NCBI GenBank assembly: GCA_009698845.1
Contig: WLPI01000001.1
Span: 6,012-70,011, forward strand
Reading direction: 5' to 3'
DNA: 64,000 bases
DNA from: Actinomycetota bacterium
GTDB lineage: Bacteria; Actinomycetota; Actinomycetes; Nanopelagicales; Nanopelagicaceae
The position numbers and the translations under genes are program-made. Shown here one piece after another: positions 1 to 10,623 of this stretch (positions are counted from its first letter, which is position 1; each line of letters opens with the position of its first letter). Below the pieces are notes generated by a model. It made no database searches, had not been told where the DNA came from, and saw nothing but the letters and a program-made list of their open reading frames with translations.

Positions 1-600
1 GCATCGCTAATAGGGATTATTTCATTAGTTATTTTTGAGCAATTTACTACAACACTTGCAACGCTATTAACCGCCTTAGCAATTTTCTATTATGTGGTTA
101 TCTACACAATAATTCTCAAGCCCAATACGTCTCAGAATATTGTGTGGGGAGGTGCTGCTGGTTGCATGCCAGTTCTCATTGGTTGGGCAGCTGTCACTGG
201 TTCACTTACATGGGTACCAGTTGCATTCTTTTTTGTAGTTTTCTTCTGGACTCCGCCACATTTTTGGGCACTTGCAATCAAGTACAAAGAAGATTACTCA
301 GCAGCAGGCATTCCGATGTTGCCATCAGTTGCATCGCAATCCAATGTCATTAGTCAAATGTGGTTTCATACAATTGCAATGGTGGTGGCCTCCGCTGCAA
401 TGATTCAATTGGCAGGGCTCCCTGTATGGGCATTTTGTGCAACAGTTCTACTTGGCGCACTATTTACTTTCCAACTCTTTGCACTCAAAGAGAACTCAGA
501 TAATTACAATAAAGTCGCGGCAGGTATATTTCACTGGTCGATTACTTACCTAAGTCTTTTCTCGGTATTGCTTGTTGCCGCTCAGCTTTTAAGCGCTTGA
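1..600 (+). CDS. ctaB: Protoheme IX farnesyltransferase (heme O synthase), 5'-truncated by the window edge
   Basis: Frame is open from base 1. UbiA-family motifs YTIILK, NIVWGGAAGCMP and FFWTPPHFWALA..Y..DY are typical of CtaB/CyoE. Confidence 0.92.
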   Translation, partial: ASLIGIISLVIFEQFTTTLATLLTALAIFYYVVIYTIILKPNTSQNIVWGGAAGCMPVLIGWAAVTGSLTWVPVAFFFVVFFWTPPHFWALAIKYKEDYSAAGIPMLPSVASQSNVISQMWFHTIAMVVASAAMIQLAGLPVWAFCATVLLGALFTFQLFALKENSDNYNKVAAGIFHWSITYLSLFSVLLVAAQLLSA

Positions 601-1805
601 TCTAAATCCTTTATCAAGTCATCTACGTGTTCTAACCCAACAGAAAGTCTTACTACTGATGGAGTAATTCCCATCTCTGCCAGCACTTCAGGAGCAAGGC
701 GACGGTGTGTTGTAGACGCTGGATGTGTAATCAGTGACTTGCTGTCACCCAAGTTGTTTGAAATATCGATGACGCGAAGTGCATCCATACATTTGAACGC
801 ATCTTTTTGAGTGCCTGCAAATTCAATACCAATTGTGGTTCCACCAGCTTTCATCTGCTTTTTGATAACTGCAGAATCAGGGTGAGAAGCAAGCCCTGGA
901 TAGCGGACACTCTTAATCGCTTTATTGCCTTCAAGAAATTCTGCAACCTTTTGCGCATTATCTGACATGCGCATGACACGCAGTTCCATTGTCTCCAGTG
1001 ACTTTACTAGAACCCACGCGTTAAATGCACTCAGTGATGGCCCTGTGTGACGAGTGAAAGGAATTAACTTTTCGTAAATGTATTCAAAGGAACCTAAAAG
1101 TGCACCAGCGAGAACTCTTCCTTGTCCATCAATATGTTTCGTAGCGGAATACATAACGACATCAGCGCCGAGTTCAAGTGGCTTCTGCAGAACAGGCGAC
1201 GCCATGACATTATCAACTATTACGGTTGCGCCAACTTTGTGTGCAAGATCGCTGATGAATCTTATATCTGCAACTTCTAGAAGTGGATTACTTGGAGTTT
1301 CGATAAAGACAGCCTTTGTCTTCTTGGAGAGAGCCTTCTCCCAAGCCGACTTGTCATTCGCTTTTACTAATTCGTAAGTGACTCCCCACTTGGGCAGAAT
1401 TTCGGTGATGACAACGTGACAAGAGCTAAACATCGCAGCGGAAGCGACTATGTGATCGCCACTTTCAACTATGCAAGCAAGTGAGGCAAACATTGCTGCC
1501 ATTCCCGAACCTGTGGCTACACAATGATCGGCGCCTTCAATTGCAGCCAACCTTTTCTCAAACATTGCAACAGTTGGGTTGTGAAAGCGGCTGTAAAGAA
1601 AATGATCTGTCTCATCTGTGAATGAATCGAGCGCTTCTTGTGAATCTGCGTATGTAAATCCACTATTGAGATAAAGCGCTTCAGAAGTTTCACCAAATCC
1701 AGAGCGAGCTAACCCTTCGCGCACTGCTGCAGTTTGTGGATTTACTTTCCAATCTGGTTCACGACGTTTTGGATGTTCGTGATAGCCCCAGACCTCTTTA
1801 CTCAT
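582..1805 (-). CDS. metZ: O-succinylhomoserine sulfhydrylase (Cys/Met metabolism PLP enzyme)
   Basis: YSRFHNPT, SGMAA, ETPSNP, PLP-lysine motif SATKHIDGQG, and RLSVGLE. Confidence 0.88.
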   Translation of the reverse strand: MSKEVWGYHEHPKRREPDWKVNPQTAAVREGLARSGFGETSEALYLNSGFTYADSQEALDSFTDETDHFLYSRFHNPTVAMFEKRLAAIEGADHCVATGSGMAAMFASLACIVESGDHIVASAAMFSSCHVVITEILPKWGVTYELVKANDKSAWEKALSKKTKAVFIETPSNPLLEVADIRFISDLAHKVGATVIVDNVMASPVLQKPLELGADVVMYSATKHIDGQGRVLAGALLGSFEYIYEKLIPFTRHTGPSLSAFNAWVLVKSLETMELRVMRMSDNAQKVAEFLEGNKAIKSVRYPGLASHPDSAVIKKQMKAGGTTIGIEFAGTQKDAFKCMDALRVIDISNNLGDSKSLITHPASTTHRRLAPEVLAEMGITPSVVRLSVGLEHVDDLIKDLDQALKS

Positions 1806-1841
1806 GTGCCCATCTTAAGGTTTGACTGGTAAATTGCCCAC
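1806..1841. promoter_or_regulatory. Back-to-back leaderless sigmaA-type -10 elements for metZ and the ABC ATPase
   Basis: Minus strand TAAGAT-N6-ATG (1817-1812, ATG 1805). Plus strand TAAATT-N6-ATG (1830-1835, ATG 1842). No SD on either side. Confidence 0.6.
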
Positions 1842-2750
1842 ATGCCTACACTCGCGATCTCGGTTAAGGATTTAAGTAAGAAATATGAATCCGGTTTTGC
1901 CGTTTCTCACGCGAATTTTGAAGTTCCCCTTGGCACCATCTGCGGATTTGTTGGGCCAAATGGGGCGGGTAAGACCACCACGATTCGTATGTTGCTGGGC
2001 TTAATTTCTCCAACCGGTGGAACTGCCGAAATTCTGGGTGAATCAATAAACCATCCAGAGAAATATCTTTCACAAGTTGGGGCGATGATTGAAGGTCCCG
2101 CTTTTTATCCCGCACTCTCTGGTTCACAAAATCTAAAGGTTCTGGCAACTCTCGGCGGTTTTCCAGTTGAAAGAGTTGAAGAGCTGATTAAGACAGTTGG
2201 TTTAGAAGGTCGTGGGGATTCAAAATACAAGACTTACTCACTCGGAATGAAACAGAGATTGGGAATTGCGGCAGCACTACTTCCAAACCCAAGAATTCTT
2301 ATTTTAGATGAACCCACCAATGGCTTAGATCCTGAAGGAATTCAAGAAGTGCGTGACTTGCTCAAAAAGCTTGCATCACAAGGCACCACGGTTTTTGTCT
2401 CTTCACACTTGTTGTCAGAACTTGAACTCATCAGCGAATACATCGTGATGCTGCGAAAAGGTGAAGTTGTTTTCGCAGGGCAATTGCAAGAATTAATGCT
2501 TTCACAACAGCCAGTAATTTTGGTAAAGACACAGAGCCCTTCAGACTTACAAAGAATTGTCGAGATTGCAAAAGCAGATGGTCATAACGCAACCATCAGA
2601 TCTGAAGTTGCTCATATCGAAGGACCAGAAAATTGGGCGGGAATACTTAATAAGAAAGCATTTGAAGCCGGGATTGTCATAACTCAGCTTGCTCCACAAC
2701 TACCAAATCTTGAAGAAACCTTCTTTGAAATGACTGGAGACCAGCGATGA
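1842..2750 (+). CDS. ABC-2 type exporter ATP-binding subunit (BcrA/multidrug-like)
   Basis: Walker A GPNGAGKTT, signature YSLGMKQRLG, Walker B ILILDEPTNGLDP, H-loop SSH. Confidence 0.92.
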   Translation: MPTLAISVKDLSKKYESGFAVSHANFEVPLGTICGFVGPNGAGKTTTIRMLLGLISPTGGTAEILGESINHPEKYLSQVGAMIEGPAFYPALSGSQNLKVLATLGGFPVERVEELIKTVGLEGRGDSKYKTYSLGMKQRLGIAAALLPNPRILILDEPTNGLDPEGIQEVRDLLKKLASQGTTVFVSSHLLSELELISEYIVMLRKGEVVFAGQLQELMLSQQPVILVKTQSPSDLQRIVEIAKADGHNATIRSEVAHIEGPENWAGILNKKAFEAGIVITQLAPQLPNLEETFFEMTGDQR

Positions 2751-3538
2751 TCAGAGTCATTTTTGCAGAGTGGCGCAAACTGCGTCGGCCAACACTTTTT
2801 CTTGGAACCCTTGGGGCAGCACTCTTCTTTACGGGACTGACCACAATTTTTCTTTATCTTATGATTGATTCAGAACAAGGAAACTCTGATCGTGGACGCC
2901 AAGTAAGTCGTGAAGTCCTCAACCTTGCAAGTGGTTCTGTATTTGGATTTGCATCAGTCGGCGGTTTATTGGGAATCATCGCGCTCTGCGTATTCGCGGC
3001 GCAAACAGCGCAGGAATACACATACGGAACTCTTAGAAATTTACTAGTACGTCAGCCCGGAAGAGTTAGATTGCTGGCTGGAAAACTAGCAGCGATGAAG
3101 ATATTTGCACTCTTGCTCGTTGCAATTGCAGCACTCGTGAGTGTGGGTCTCTCTGTCGCACTAGCAGATCGCGCTAAGGTATCTACAGAGCTTTGGTTTA
3201 CAGCAGATGGCTATCACGCTATTGGGCAGACGCTACTTAATGTGAGCATCTCGGTCATCTATTTCGGAATCATTGGAATGACACTTGGCCTATTGCTGAG
3301 ATCGCCAATCTCTGCAATCTCAATTGCGGTGCTGTGGATTTTGATTATTGAGAATTTAATTGGGGCAGTTAAACCCGTCACTCTCGATTGGATGCCCGGC
3401 AATCAGCTTTCGGTAATTGCGCAAGGCGGTAGCCCAGATGTTTCATATTCGCATGCGCTAATTCTGGGAAGTTTCTATGTATTTATCGGTGCGACGATTG
3501 CAACGATTCTTTTCTCACGAAGAGATGTGGCTAACTAG
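2747..3538 (+). CDS. ABC-2 type exporter permease
   Basis: About 6 hydrophobic segments. AEWRKL N-terminus, EY..GTLR motif and RRDV C-terminus. ATGA overlap with the ATPase. Confidence 0.88.
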   Translation: MIRVIFAEWRKLRRPTLFLGTLGAALFFTGLTTIFLYLMIDSEQGNSDRGRQVSREVLNLASGSVFGFASVGGLLGIIALCVFAAQTAQEYTYGTLRNLLVRQPGRVRLLAGKLAAMKIFALLLVAIAALVSVGLSVALADRAKVSTELWFTADGYHAIGQTLLNVSISVIYFGIIGMTLGLLLRSPISAISIAVLWILIIENLIGAVKPVTLDWMPGNQLSVIAQGGSPDVSYSHALILGSFYVFIGATIATILFSRRDVAN

Positions 3539-3592
3539 CGACACAGGCTCGATAGTGCAGGTTTGCAACTGGTGCTCAATTATTCTTAGTTA

Positions 3593-4795
3593 ATGCGTCG
3601 TCGAAATCGCCTCATCAGCCTTGCAATCATTGCAGGGCTCTCTCTTTCGATGACACCTGCAATCGCAAAACCAAAACCGACCCTGGCAGAAATTGAAGCC
3701 GCAAAGAAAGCCGAAGCGGCGAAGAAAACTGCAGCTGATGCTGCTGCCAAAAAGTTAGCTGTTGCGAATTCAACCCTTAAGCAGCTAACTGCAAAAGCAG
3801 ATGCCGCAAGAGCTCTCTATCTCAAAGCAAAGAAAGAGTTGGAGGTAGCAACTGCACAAGCAAGGGCCGCAGCAAAACATGCCGCAGAGACTGCAGAATC
3901 AGTAGCAGAGGCACATCGAGTCATTGGAAAGCTAGCAGGTAATGCATACATTCTTGGTGGAACCATGAGTGATATCGAACCGTTACTCAACGCAAATGGT
4001 CCACAAGATTTGATTGATCAGTTATCAACTCTTAATACGTTAGGTGCACGTAACTCCACAGCGCTTGTGCGATACAAAGCTGCAGAAGTTGTAGCACGCG
4101 AAGCAAAGAAAAAGGCTGATGAAGCGAAAGCAGTGCAAGAAGCGGCTACTTTAAAAGTAGCCGCAGCCAAAAAAGTTGCCGATGATGCACAAACTCTGCA
4201 GCAACAAGAAGTAAATAAACTACGTGCTGTGCAAGATAAGTTGATTAAAGATCTTGCCAAAGCAAGAAATGTTCGAATTACTCTTGAACAACAGAGACAG
4301 CTCGCTTTGCTTGAAGAGAGCCAAGCAAACACCGCCTCAACTATCATTAATCAAGCCAAGGTTTGGCCCAATACAGGATTTAGAGGAAGACCTACAAGTC
4401 GAACGAATGAAGTGCAACGTGCGGCTGCCGTTGCATTTGCTAAGAAACAAGTACTTGCACGCAAGCCGTACATTTGGGGATCAGAAGGTCCAAATTCATT
4501 TGATTGCTCTGGACTTGTTTATGCTGCCTATCGATCAGCGGGTCTAGGTTGGCCGAATTGGGATCGCCTTAACTCGGCACTTTATGCTGGTTATACAAAG
4601 CATGTAACGCTCAATGAGTTACTACCCGGTGATCTCCTGTTTTACTCTTATAAAGGCACGATCTCCACAATTCATCACATCACAATTTATGCAGGTGGTG
4701 GAATGATGTGGGAAGCAAATTCCAAGGGTAAGGGGTTGTTGTACTCAAGCATTTACAGCATTAAAGGCCTTATGCCATTTGGTGGCCGGGTCTAG
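3593..4795 (+). CDS. Secreted NlpC/P60 peptidoglycan endopeptidase with coiled-coil N-terminus (RipA/CwlO-like)
   Basis: Signal peptide, Ala/Lys-rich coiled coil, PYIWG...FDCSGLV catalytic Cys motif, PGDLLF, and HITIY. Confidence 0.9.
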   Translation: MRRRNRLISLAIIAGLSLSMTPAIAKPKPTLAEIEAAKKAEAAKKTAADAAAKKLAVANSTLKQLTAKADAARALYLKAKKELEVATAQARAAAKHAAETAESVAEAHRVIGKLAGNAYILGGTMSDIEPLLNANGPQDLIDQLSTLNTLGARNSTALVRYKAAEVVAREAKKKADEAKAVQEAATLKVAAAKKVADDAQTLQQQEVNKLRAVQDKLIKDLAKARNVRITLEQQRQLALLEESQANTASTIINQAKVWPNTGFRGRPTSRTNEVQRAAAVAFAKKQVLARKPYIWGSEGPNSFDCSGLVYAAYRSAGLGWPNWDRLNSALYAGYTKHVTLNELLPGDLLFYSYKGTISTIHHITIYAGGGMMWEANSKGKGLLYSSIYSIKGLMPFGGRV

Positions 4796-4804
4796 TCTTA
4801 CTTC

Positions 4805-5764
4805 ATGACCGAAGCAATCGTTGAGATTCGCAATGCTGTCAAGGCGCATTTAGCGAAACTTGAAGCAGGGGATTCGGTTCTCGTTGCAGTTTCGGGTGGT
4901 GCCGATTCGCTTGCACTTGCATATGCAGTCATGAAAGAGAGCGCAACAAATGCAATCCGAACTTTAGCTGTAACAGTTGATCATCAACTTCAAGAAAATT
5001 CTGAACAACAATCAGATAATGTTTCAAAACAGCTACACGAAATGGGTTATACAAAAGTTTACATTGAGAAAGTTAAAGTCAACACTGAATCTGGAATTGA
5101 AGCGGGTGCTCGAAGTGCGCGTTATGAGGCAATTACTAAGTTAGCAGAGAAAGAAAAAGTAACGAAAGTCTTCTTGGGTCATACAAGAGATGATCAAGCA
5201 GAAACAGTTCTCCTTGGCTTAGCCCGTGGATCAGGAACACGATCAATGTCAGGTATGGCAATCGATAATGGTTTGTTTGTTCGACCATTACTTTCTATTA
5301 CACGTCAGCAAACGGAGAAAGCGTGCGCCGAAGTACATCTAAAGATGTGGAATGACCCGCATAATCTCAATACAGAATTCTCACGAGTTAAAGTGAGATT
5401 ACATGTTTTGCCAGTGATGGAAGAAAACCTGGGCCCGGGAATTTCTGCGGCTCTCGCGCGATCTGCGGCACTGCTTCGTGATGATGCAGATGCTTTAGAT
5501 GACATTGCTCAGAAAGAAGTAGCCCAGCTAAATCTCTCAGATTTAGATTGTGAAAAACTCTCTGCCCTTCCTCGCGCCATTCGGACTCGAATTTTGCGGA
5601 CCGCTTTGTACTACTCTGGAGCCCCTTCAGGCTCAATTTCAGCTGATCACGTGGCAAGCGTTGAGGCGCTGGTCACTTCGTGGCGCGGCCAAGGGGCGTT
5701 GAGCTTGCCGGGCGGTGTGAAGGTTGAGCGAATTTCGGGCAGACTTTCGCTCTCAAACCCGTAA
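4805..5764 (+). CDS. tilS: tRNA(Ile)-lysidine synthetase
   Basis: PP-loop VAVSGGADS, GHTRDDQAETVL, RPLL, WNDPHN. Conserved tilS-hpt-ftsH synteny. Confidence 0.95.
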   Translation: MTEAIVEIRNAVKAHLAKLEAGDSVLVAVSGGADSLALAYAVMKESATNAIRTLAVTVDHQLQENSEQQSDNVSKQLHEMGYTKVYIEKVKVNTESGIEAGARSARYEAITKLAEKEKVTKVFLGHTRDDQAETVLLGLARGSGTRSMSGMAIDNGLFVRPLLSITRQQTEKACAEVHLKMWNDPHNLNTEFSRVKVRLHVLPVMEENLGPGISAALARSAALLRDDADALDDIAQKEVAQLNLSDLDCEKLSALPRAIRTRILRTALYYSGAPSGSISADHVASVEALVTSWRGQGALSLPGGVKVERISGRLSLSNP

Positions 5765-5798
5765 GACCCAATCCAGTAATAACCAAGGAGCTCACCCA

Positions 5799-6350
5799 GT
5801 GGATCTAGCAACAGTTGGAACAGATGTTGAAAAGGTAATTGCAACTGAAGAAGAACTTGCTGCAAAGATTTCCGAGTTAGCTGCGCTCGTTGATGCTGAT
5901 TACAAAGATAAAAATGTTCTACTTGTTGGCGTTCTAAAAGGCGCCATCATGGCGATGGCAGATCTTACTCGTGCGATGCAATCTCATATTGAAATGGATT
6001 GGATGGCAGTTTCCTCATACGGGTCAGGCACCAAGTCAAGCGGTGTTGTAAGAATTCTAAAAGATTTAGATCGAGATATTACTGGCCGTCACGTCTTGAT
6101 TGTTGAAGATATCGTTGACACTGGACTTACTCTTTCTTGGTTAAGAGCTAACTTGTTTTCACGCGGTGCAGCATCTGTTGAGATTCTTGCAATCCTTCGC
6201 AAACCAGAAGCAGCGAAAGTTGATGTTGAAGTGAAGTATGTTGGATTTGATATTCCAAAAGAATTTGTCGTGGGATATGGTCTCGATTTTGATGAGAAGT
6301 ATCGCAACCTTTCATTTATTGGTGTGCTTGCTAAGCACATGTACTCATAA
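5799..6350 (+). CDS. hpt: Hypoxanthine phosphoribosyltransferase
   Basis: PRPP-binding VLIVEDIVDTGLT and FVVGYGLD. Start reassigned to GTG 5799, which follows the SD AAGGAG (5785-5790). Confidence 0.95.
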   Translation: MDLATVGTDVEKVIATEEELAAKISELAALVDADYKDKNVLLVGVLKGAIMAMADLTRAMQSHIEMDWMAVSSYGSGTKSSGVVRILKDLDRDITGRHVLIVEDIVDTGLTLSWLRANLFSRGAASVEILAILRKPEAAKVDVEVKYVGFDIPKEFVVGYGLDFDEKYRNLSFIGVLAKHMYS

Positions 6351-6358
6351 GGATTGAC

Positions 6359-8407
6359 ATGACTTCCCAAAAATCTGACAAGAAATCCTTTTTCGATAAG
6401 TTTAAGGCATCACCAAAAGCTAAAGATGTTCCATTAACTCGTACCCAAAAGATATTTCGAGGTCCACTGTTCTGGATAGTTGTAGCAATTTTCGCTGTCT
6501 CCATTTTCGGACAGGTCACTAGTGCAACTAATCGCTATACAGAGATAAAAACCTCTCAAGCCATTGATGCAATTTCCAAATCACAAGTGGAGTCTGCTGA
6601 GTTAATTGATAGGAGTCAGCGGATCAAGTTAGTCCTGAGTGGTGGAAACACGATTAAGGGCGCTACAAAGGTAGAGGCGTCATATATTGCTCGCCAAGAG
6701 CCAACACTTGTTGATGCATTAACTGCAAATCCACCACCAAAGGGTTGGACAGTTGATGTTCCAAAACAGTCCATGCTCACCAATTTCCTCTTTAGTTTCG
6801 GTCCAATTCTGATAATTGGTTTGCTCTTCTTCTTGATGATGAGTCAAGCACAAGGCGGAAATCGAGTATTCTCATTTGGAAAATCACGTGCAAAATTACA
6901 GAACAACGATGTACCTCAAAATACTTTTGATGATGTTGCGGGTGCGGATGAAGCGATTGCAGAACTTGAAGAGATTAAAGACTTCCTTGCAGACCCAGCC
7001 CGATATGCACTACTAGGTGCAAAGATTCCGAAAGGAGTTCTTCTCTATGGCCCTCCAGGAACAGGTAAAACACTTCTAGCCCGCGCCGTAGCTGGGGAAG
7101 CGAAAGTACCTTTCTATTCAATCTCTGGTTCTGACTTTGTCGAGATGTTTGTTGGTGTAGGTGCAGCGAGAGTTCGAGATCTATTCACCCAAGCAAAAGC
7201 GCATGCACCAGCAATTGTTTTTGTGGATGAAATTGATGCTGTTGGTCGTCAACGTGGCGCTGGTATGGGTGGTGGGCACGATGAACGTGAACAAACACTT
7301 AATCAACTTTTAGTAGAGATGGATGGATTCGAGGCAAACGGACAAGTTATTTTGATTGCAGCAACAAACCGTCCAGATGTTCTTGATCCTGCACTTCTTC
7401 GCCCAGGTCGTTTCGATCGTCAAATTCCTGTTGAGAGACCTGACCTAAAAGGTCGCGAAGATATTCTGAAAGTCCATGCCAAGAACAAACCAATTTCAAA
7501 AGAAGTTGAACTCGTTACATATGCGCGCAGAACACCAGGCTTTACCGGAGCAGATCTTGCAAATGTTCTAAATGAAGCAGCGCTATTGAGTGCACGTGAG
7601 GGCCTGAAAACTATTGGTAACTTACAGATTGATGAAGCAATCGATCGAGTTATGGCAGGGCCACAACGTAAATCTCGCTTGATGTCAGAGGATGAGCGTC
7701 GCGTAACTGCGTATCACGAAGCGGGTCACGCACTTGTAGCTCATGCACTTCCACACACAGATCCAGTTCACAAAATTACGATCATGCCTCGGGGTCGCGC
7801 ACTGGGATACACAATGGTGCTACCCGATGAAGATAAGTACTCGACCACTCGCAATCAATTACTTGATCAATTGGCATATTCACTTGGTGGGCGTGCAGCA
7901 GAAGAGCTCATATTCCACGATCCTTCAACGGGTGCATCTAACGACATTGAAAAGGCAACGGCGCTTGCACGCGCAATGGTTACTCAATACGGAATGACCG
8001 AGGCAATTGGCGCTATCAAACTTGGTTCAGATTCTTCACAGCCATTTATGGGCAGAGATTACGGACACCAGCGCGATTACTCTGAAAACGTTGCTGCGGT
8101 TGTCGATGCAGAAATTCGCAAGATGATTGAAAATGCTCATCAAGAAGCATTTGATATTCTCGAACTGAATCGAACCATTCTGGATGAAATGGTTATCAAA
8201 CTTCTTGAAAAAGAAACACTCAACAAAGAAGAAATTGCAGAAATATTTAGACACGTAAAGGCTTGGCCAAATCGTCCAGCATGGACAGGATCAGAGACAC
8301 GCATTCCATCAACACAACCACCAGTTGATATTCCTGAGCGAATTCTTCCGGCAGTAAGTGATGCACCCAAAAAGGCACGACGAGTGAAGAAGGCAACTTC
8401 CGAGTGA
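6359..8407 (+). CDS. ftsH: ATP-dependent zinc metalloprotease FtsH
   Basis: Two TM segments, [35 protein letters not shown] zinc site. Confidence 0.97.
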   Translation: MTSQKSDKKSFFDKFKASPKAKDVPLTRTQKIFRGPLFWIVVAIFAVSIFGQVTSATNRYTEIKTSQAIDAISKSQVESAELIDRSQRIKLVLSGGNTIKGATKVEASYIARQEPTLVDALTANPPPKGWTVDVPKQSMLTNFLFSFGPILIIGLLFFLMMSQAQGGNRVFSFGKSRAKLQNNDVPQNTFDDVAGADEAIAELEEIKDFLADPARYALLGAKIPKGVLLYGPPGTGKTLLARAVAGEAKVPFYSISGSDFVEMFVGVGAARVRDLFTQAKAHAPAIVFVDEIDAVGRQRGAGMGGGHDEREQTLNQLLVEMDGFEANGQVILIAATNRPDVLDPALLRPGRFDRQIPVERPDLKGREDILKVHAKNKPISKEVELVTYARRTPGFTGADLANVLNEAALLSAREGLKTIGNLQIDEAIDRVMAGPQRKSRLMSEDERRVTAYHEAGHALVAHALPHTDPVHKITIMPRGRALGYTMVLPDEDKYSTTRNQLLDQLAYSLGGRAAEELIFHDPSTGASNDIEKATALARAMVTQYGMTEAIGAIKLGSDSSQPFMGRDYGHQRDYSENVAAVVDAEIRKMIENAHQEAFDILELNRTILDEMVIKLLEKETLNKEEIAEIFRHVKAWPNRPAWTGSETRIPSTQPPVDIPERILPAVSDAPKKARRVKKATSE

Positions 8408-9015
8408 CGGATATTTCTTCAGTTTCAATGGGGCCAAGCGATGGGCGCGCATCGCACCCCTATGACCAAGAGCGTGCAGAAAGAGCTGTTCGCGAACTTC
8501 TCTTAGCGTTAGGTGAAGATCCCGAACGCGAAGGCTTAAAGGAGACCCCTGCTCGTGTTGCTCGAGCATTTAAAGAAAACTTCGAGGGACTGTGGCAGAA
8601 GCCAGAAGAAGTACTTACAACTACATTTGATATTGGCCATGAAGAACTTGTCATCATTCGAGATATCGAAGTCTTTTCACATTGCGAACACCACTTAACT
8701 CCGTTCCACGGAGTTGCTCATGTTGGATATATACCAAGTGGCAAAATCACCGGTCTCTCAAAAGTGGCTCGACTTGTTGATCTCTTTGCTCGCAGACCTC
8801 AAGTACAGGAGAGATTAACTACACAAATTGCCGATGCATTGGTAGAAATCTTGAAGCCAATGGGCGTAATTGTCATTATTGATTGCGAACACTTATGTAT
8901 GTCGATGCGCGGAGTACGTAAGTCGAAAGCGCGTACAACAACTTCTGCAGTTCGCGGAGTACTTCAAAATGCGGCAACACGAGCAGAAGCAATAAGTCTT
9001 GTTACGAATCGATAG
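8404..9015 (+). CDS. folE: GTP cyclohydrolase I
   Basis: [32 protein letters not shown]. Confidence 0.97.
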   Translation: MTDISSVSMGPSDGRASHPYDQERAERAVRELLLALGEDPEREGLKETPARVARAFKENFEGLWQKPEEVLTTTFDIGHEELVIIRDIEVFSHCEHHLTPFHGVAHVGYIPSGKITGLSKVARLVDLFARRPQVQERLTTQIADALVEILKPMGVIVIIDCEHLCMSMRGVRKSKARTTTSAVRGVLQNAATRAEAISLVTNR

Positions 9016-9021
9016 TCAATT

Positions 9022-9777
9022 ATGCTCGTAATGGGAATACTCAATGTGACTCCTGATTCATTTGCAGATGGTGGAATAAACCTTGATGCAAATACTGCAA
9101 TTGCCCGTGGTCGAGAGATGGCCGCGGAAGGCGCAGACATTATTGATGTTGGCGGAGAATCCACGCGGCCAGGTGCCGATCGAGTAACTCCAGATGAGGA
9201 ACAAGCACGTGTTATCCCCGTGATTCGAGCACTTGCTGAAGATGGTTTTCAAGTAAGCATCGACACTATGCGTGCAGAGACAGCTCGATTAGCAGTACAA
9301 GCCGGGGCAACGATTGTTAACGATGTGAGCGGAGGAGCCGCTGATCCACTGATGCTTGCAACTGTTGCAGAACTCGATTGCACATATATTTTGATGCATT
9401 GGCGCGGACATTCAAAGGAAATGAACTCAAAAGCAATCTATGGTGATGTTGTTGTCGATGTCACTTCAGAAATTTCTATGCAGGTAGAAAAAGCATTGCT
9501 AGCAGGAGTTAAGAGAGAAAAAATCGTTATTGATCCTGGCATTGGATTTGCTAAGGATGCCGAGCACAACTGGGAAATTCTTAGACGACTTGATGAATTC
9601 ACTGAGCTAGGTTTCCCAGTACTAATTGGCCACTCTCGCAAACGATTCTTAGGCGGAGCAGAACCATCAGATCGCGAGGCTTCAACTGTAGAAGTTACTA
9701 AGAGCCTTGTTGGAAGAGGCATTTGGGGAGTTAGAGTTCACGGTGTGAAAGCAAATGTAGAGGCACTAAGTCAATGA
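9022..9777 (+). CDS. folP: Dihydropteroate synthase
   Basis: MGILNVTPDSFADGG, DVGGESTRPG, DPGIGF, SRKRF, VRVH. Confidence 0.96.
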   Translation: MLVMGILNVTPDSFADGGINLDANTAIARGREMAAEGADIIDVGGESTRPGADRVTPDEEQARVIPVIRALAEDGFQVSIDTMRAETARLAVQAGATIVNDVSGGAADPLMLATVAELDCTYILMHWRGHSKEMNSKAIYGDVVVDVTSEISMQVEKALLAGVKREKIVIDPGIGFAKDAEHNWEILRRLDEFTELGFPVLIGHSRKRFLGGAEPSDREASTVEVTKSLVGRGIWGVRVHGVKANVEALSQ

Positions 9778-10130
9778 GCGATCTTATTGAGATAAAAAGA
9801 ATCTGGGGTTTTGGATACCACGGAGTTTTCGACCATGAAGCAAAAAATGGTCAAGATTTCTTTGTTGATATTAAAATGCATTGTGACCTCACGCGCGCAT
9901 CAATAAGTGATGACTTAAGCGATACGGTGGATTACGGCGCAATCACAGATCTAGTTGTTGAAGAAATCACGGGAGAACGCGTTCAGCTGATTGAGAAATT
10001 AGCTGGAAGAATTGCTGACCGAATCAAGAAATCACATCCACAAGTAAATAAAGTATCTGTCACTGTTCATAAACCCAAGGCACCCGTTTCTTCAGAGGTT
10101 GCAGATATATCGGTAACGATAACCCGATGA
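9774..10130 (+). CDS. folB: Dihydroneopterin aldolase
   Basis: GYHGV...E...GQ.F, TVDYG, LIEKLA, HKPKAP. Confidence 0.95.
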   Translation: MSDLIEIKRIWGFGYHGVFDHEAKNGQDFFVDIKMHCDLTRASISDDLSDTVDYGAITDLVVEEITGERVQLIEKLAGRIADRIKKSHPQVNKVSVTVHKPKAPVSSEVADISVTITR

Positions 10131-10573
10131 AAGCTGTTGTCGCACTTGGTGCAAATCTTGGTGACCCACAAGAACAAATCGAATTAGCACTAGTTCTTCT
10201 CAAGGAATCTACTCATGTAATTTCTGTCTCAGGTTTTTACCGTACAAAACCCGTCGGTGGCCCAGAACAGCCCGATTACATCAACGCAGTATGCATTTTA
10301 GATAGCGATCTACCGGCAGCTAGTTTGCTCTCACTTCTTCAAGGAATTGAAAAAACGCTTGGGAGAGAACGGCTTGAGCATTGGGGTCCACGGACAATTG
10401 ATCTCGATCTTATTCAATATGGAAACATTCTCAGCAACGCAGCGGAGTTAGAACTTCCTCATCCTCGCGCCCATGAAAGAAGATTTGTTTTGGAACCATG
10501 GAGTGAGATCGAACCGGAGGCAATTCTGCTTACGCATGGGAGAATAAGAGACCTTTTGGAGCAATTGCCTTAA
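10127..10573 (+). CDS. folK: 2-amino-4-hydroxy-6-hydroxymethyldihydropteridine diphosphokinase
   Basis: ALGANLG, YINAV, WGPRTIDLDL, LPHPRAHERRFVL. Confidence 0.96.
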   Translation: MKAVVALGANLGDPQEQIELALVLLKESTHVISVSGFYRTKPVGGPEQPDYINAVCILDSDLPAASLLSLLQGIEKTLGRERLEHWGPRTIDLDLIQYGNILSNAAELELPHPRAHERRFVLEPWSEIEPEAILLTHGRIRDLLEQLP

Positions 10574-10623
10574 CGCTTTAGACTTTATCTACTGCCCGCC
10601 CGGTACCTGAAAGGACTGGAGCC

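Noticed and set aside
3539-3592. GACAC (WhiA-like) pentamer upstream of the NlpC/P60 gene
   Set aside because: A single 5-bp match is expected by chance.
3690-4320. Ala/Lys-rich low-complexity repeats in the NlpC/P60 gene
   Set aside because: This is the ordinary coiled-coil stalk of RipA/CwlO-type hydrolases, not a tandem DNA array.
5724-5798. ORF-track N-terminal extension of hpt (likewise nadC 12926, phosphatase 32831, menD 41160, menG 44909, nuoM 57695)
   Set aside because: The extensions are non-homologous and overlap upstream genes or promoters. Downstream starts have an SD, an ATGA overlap or a -10 box at the right spacing.
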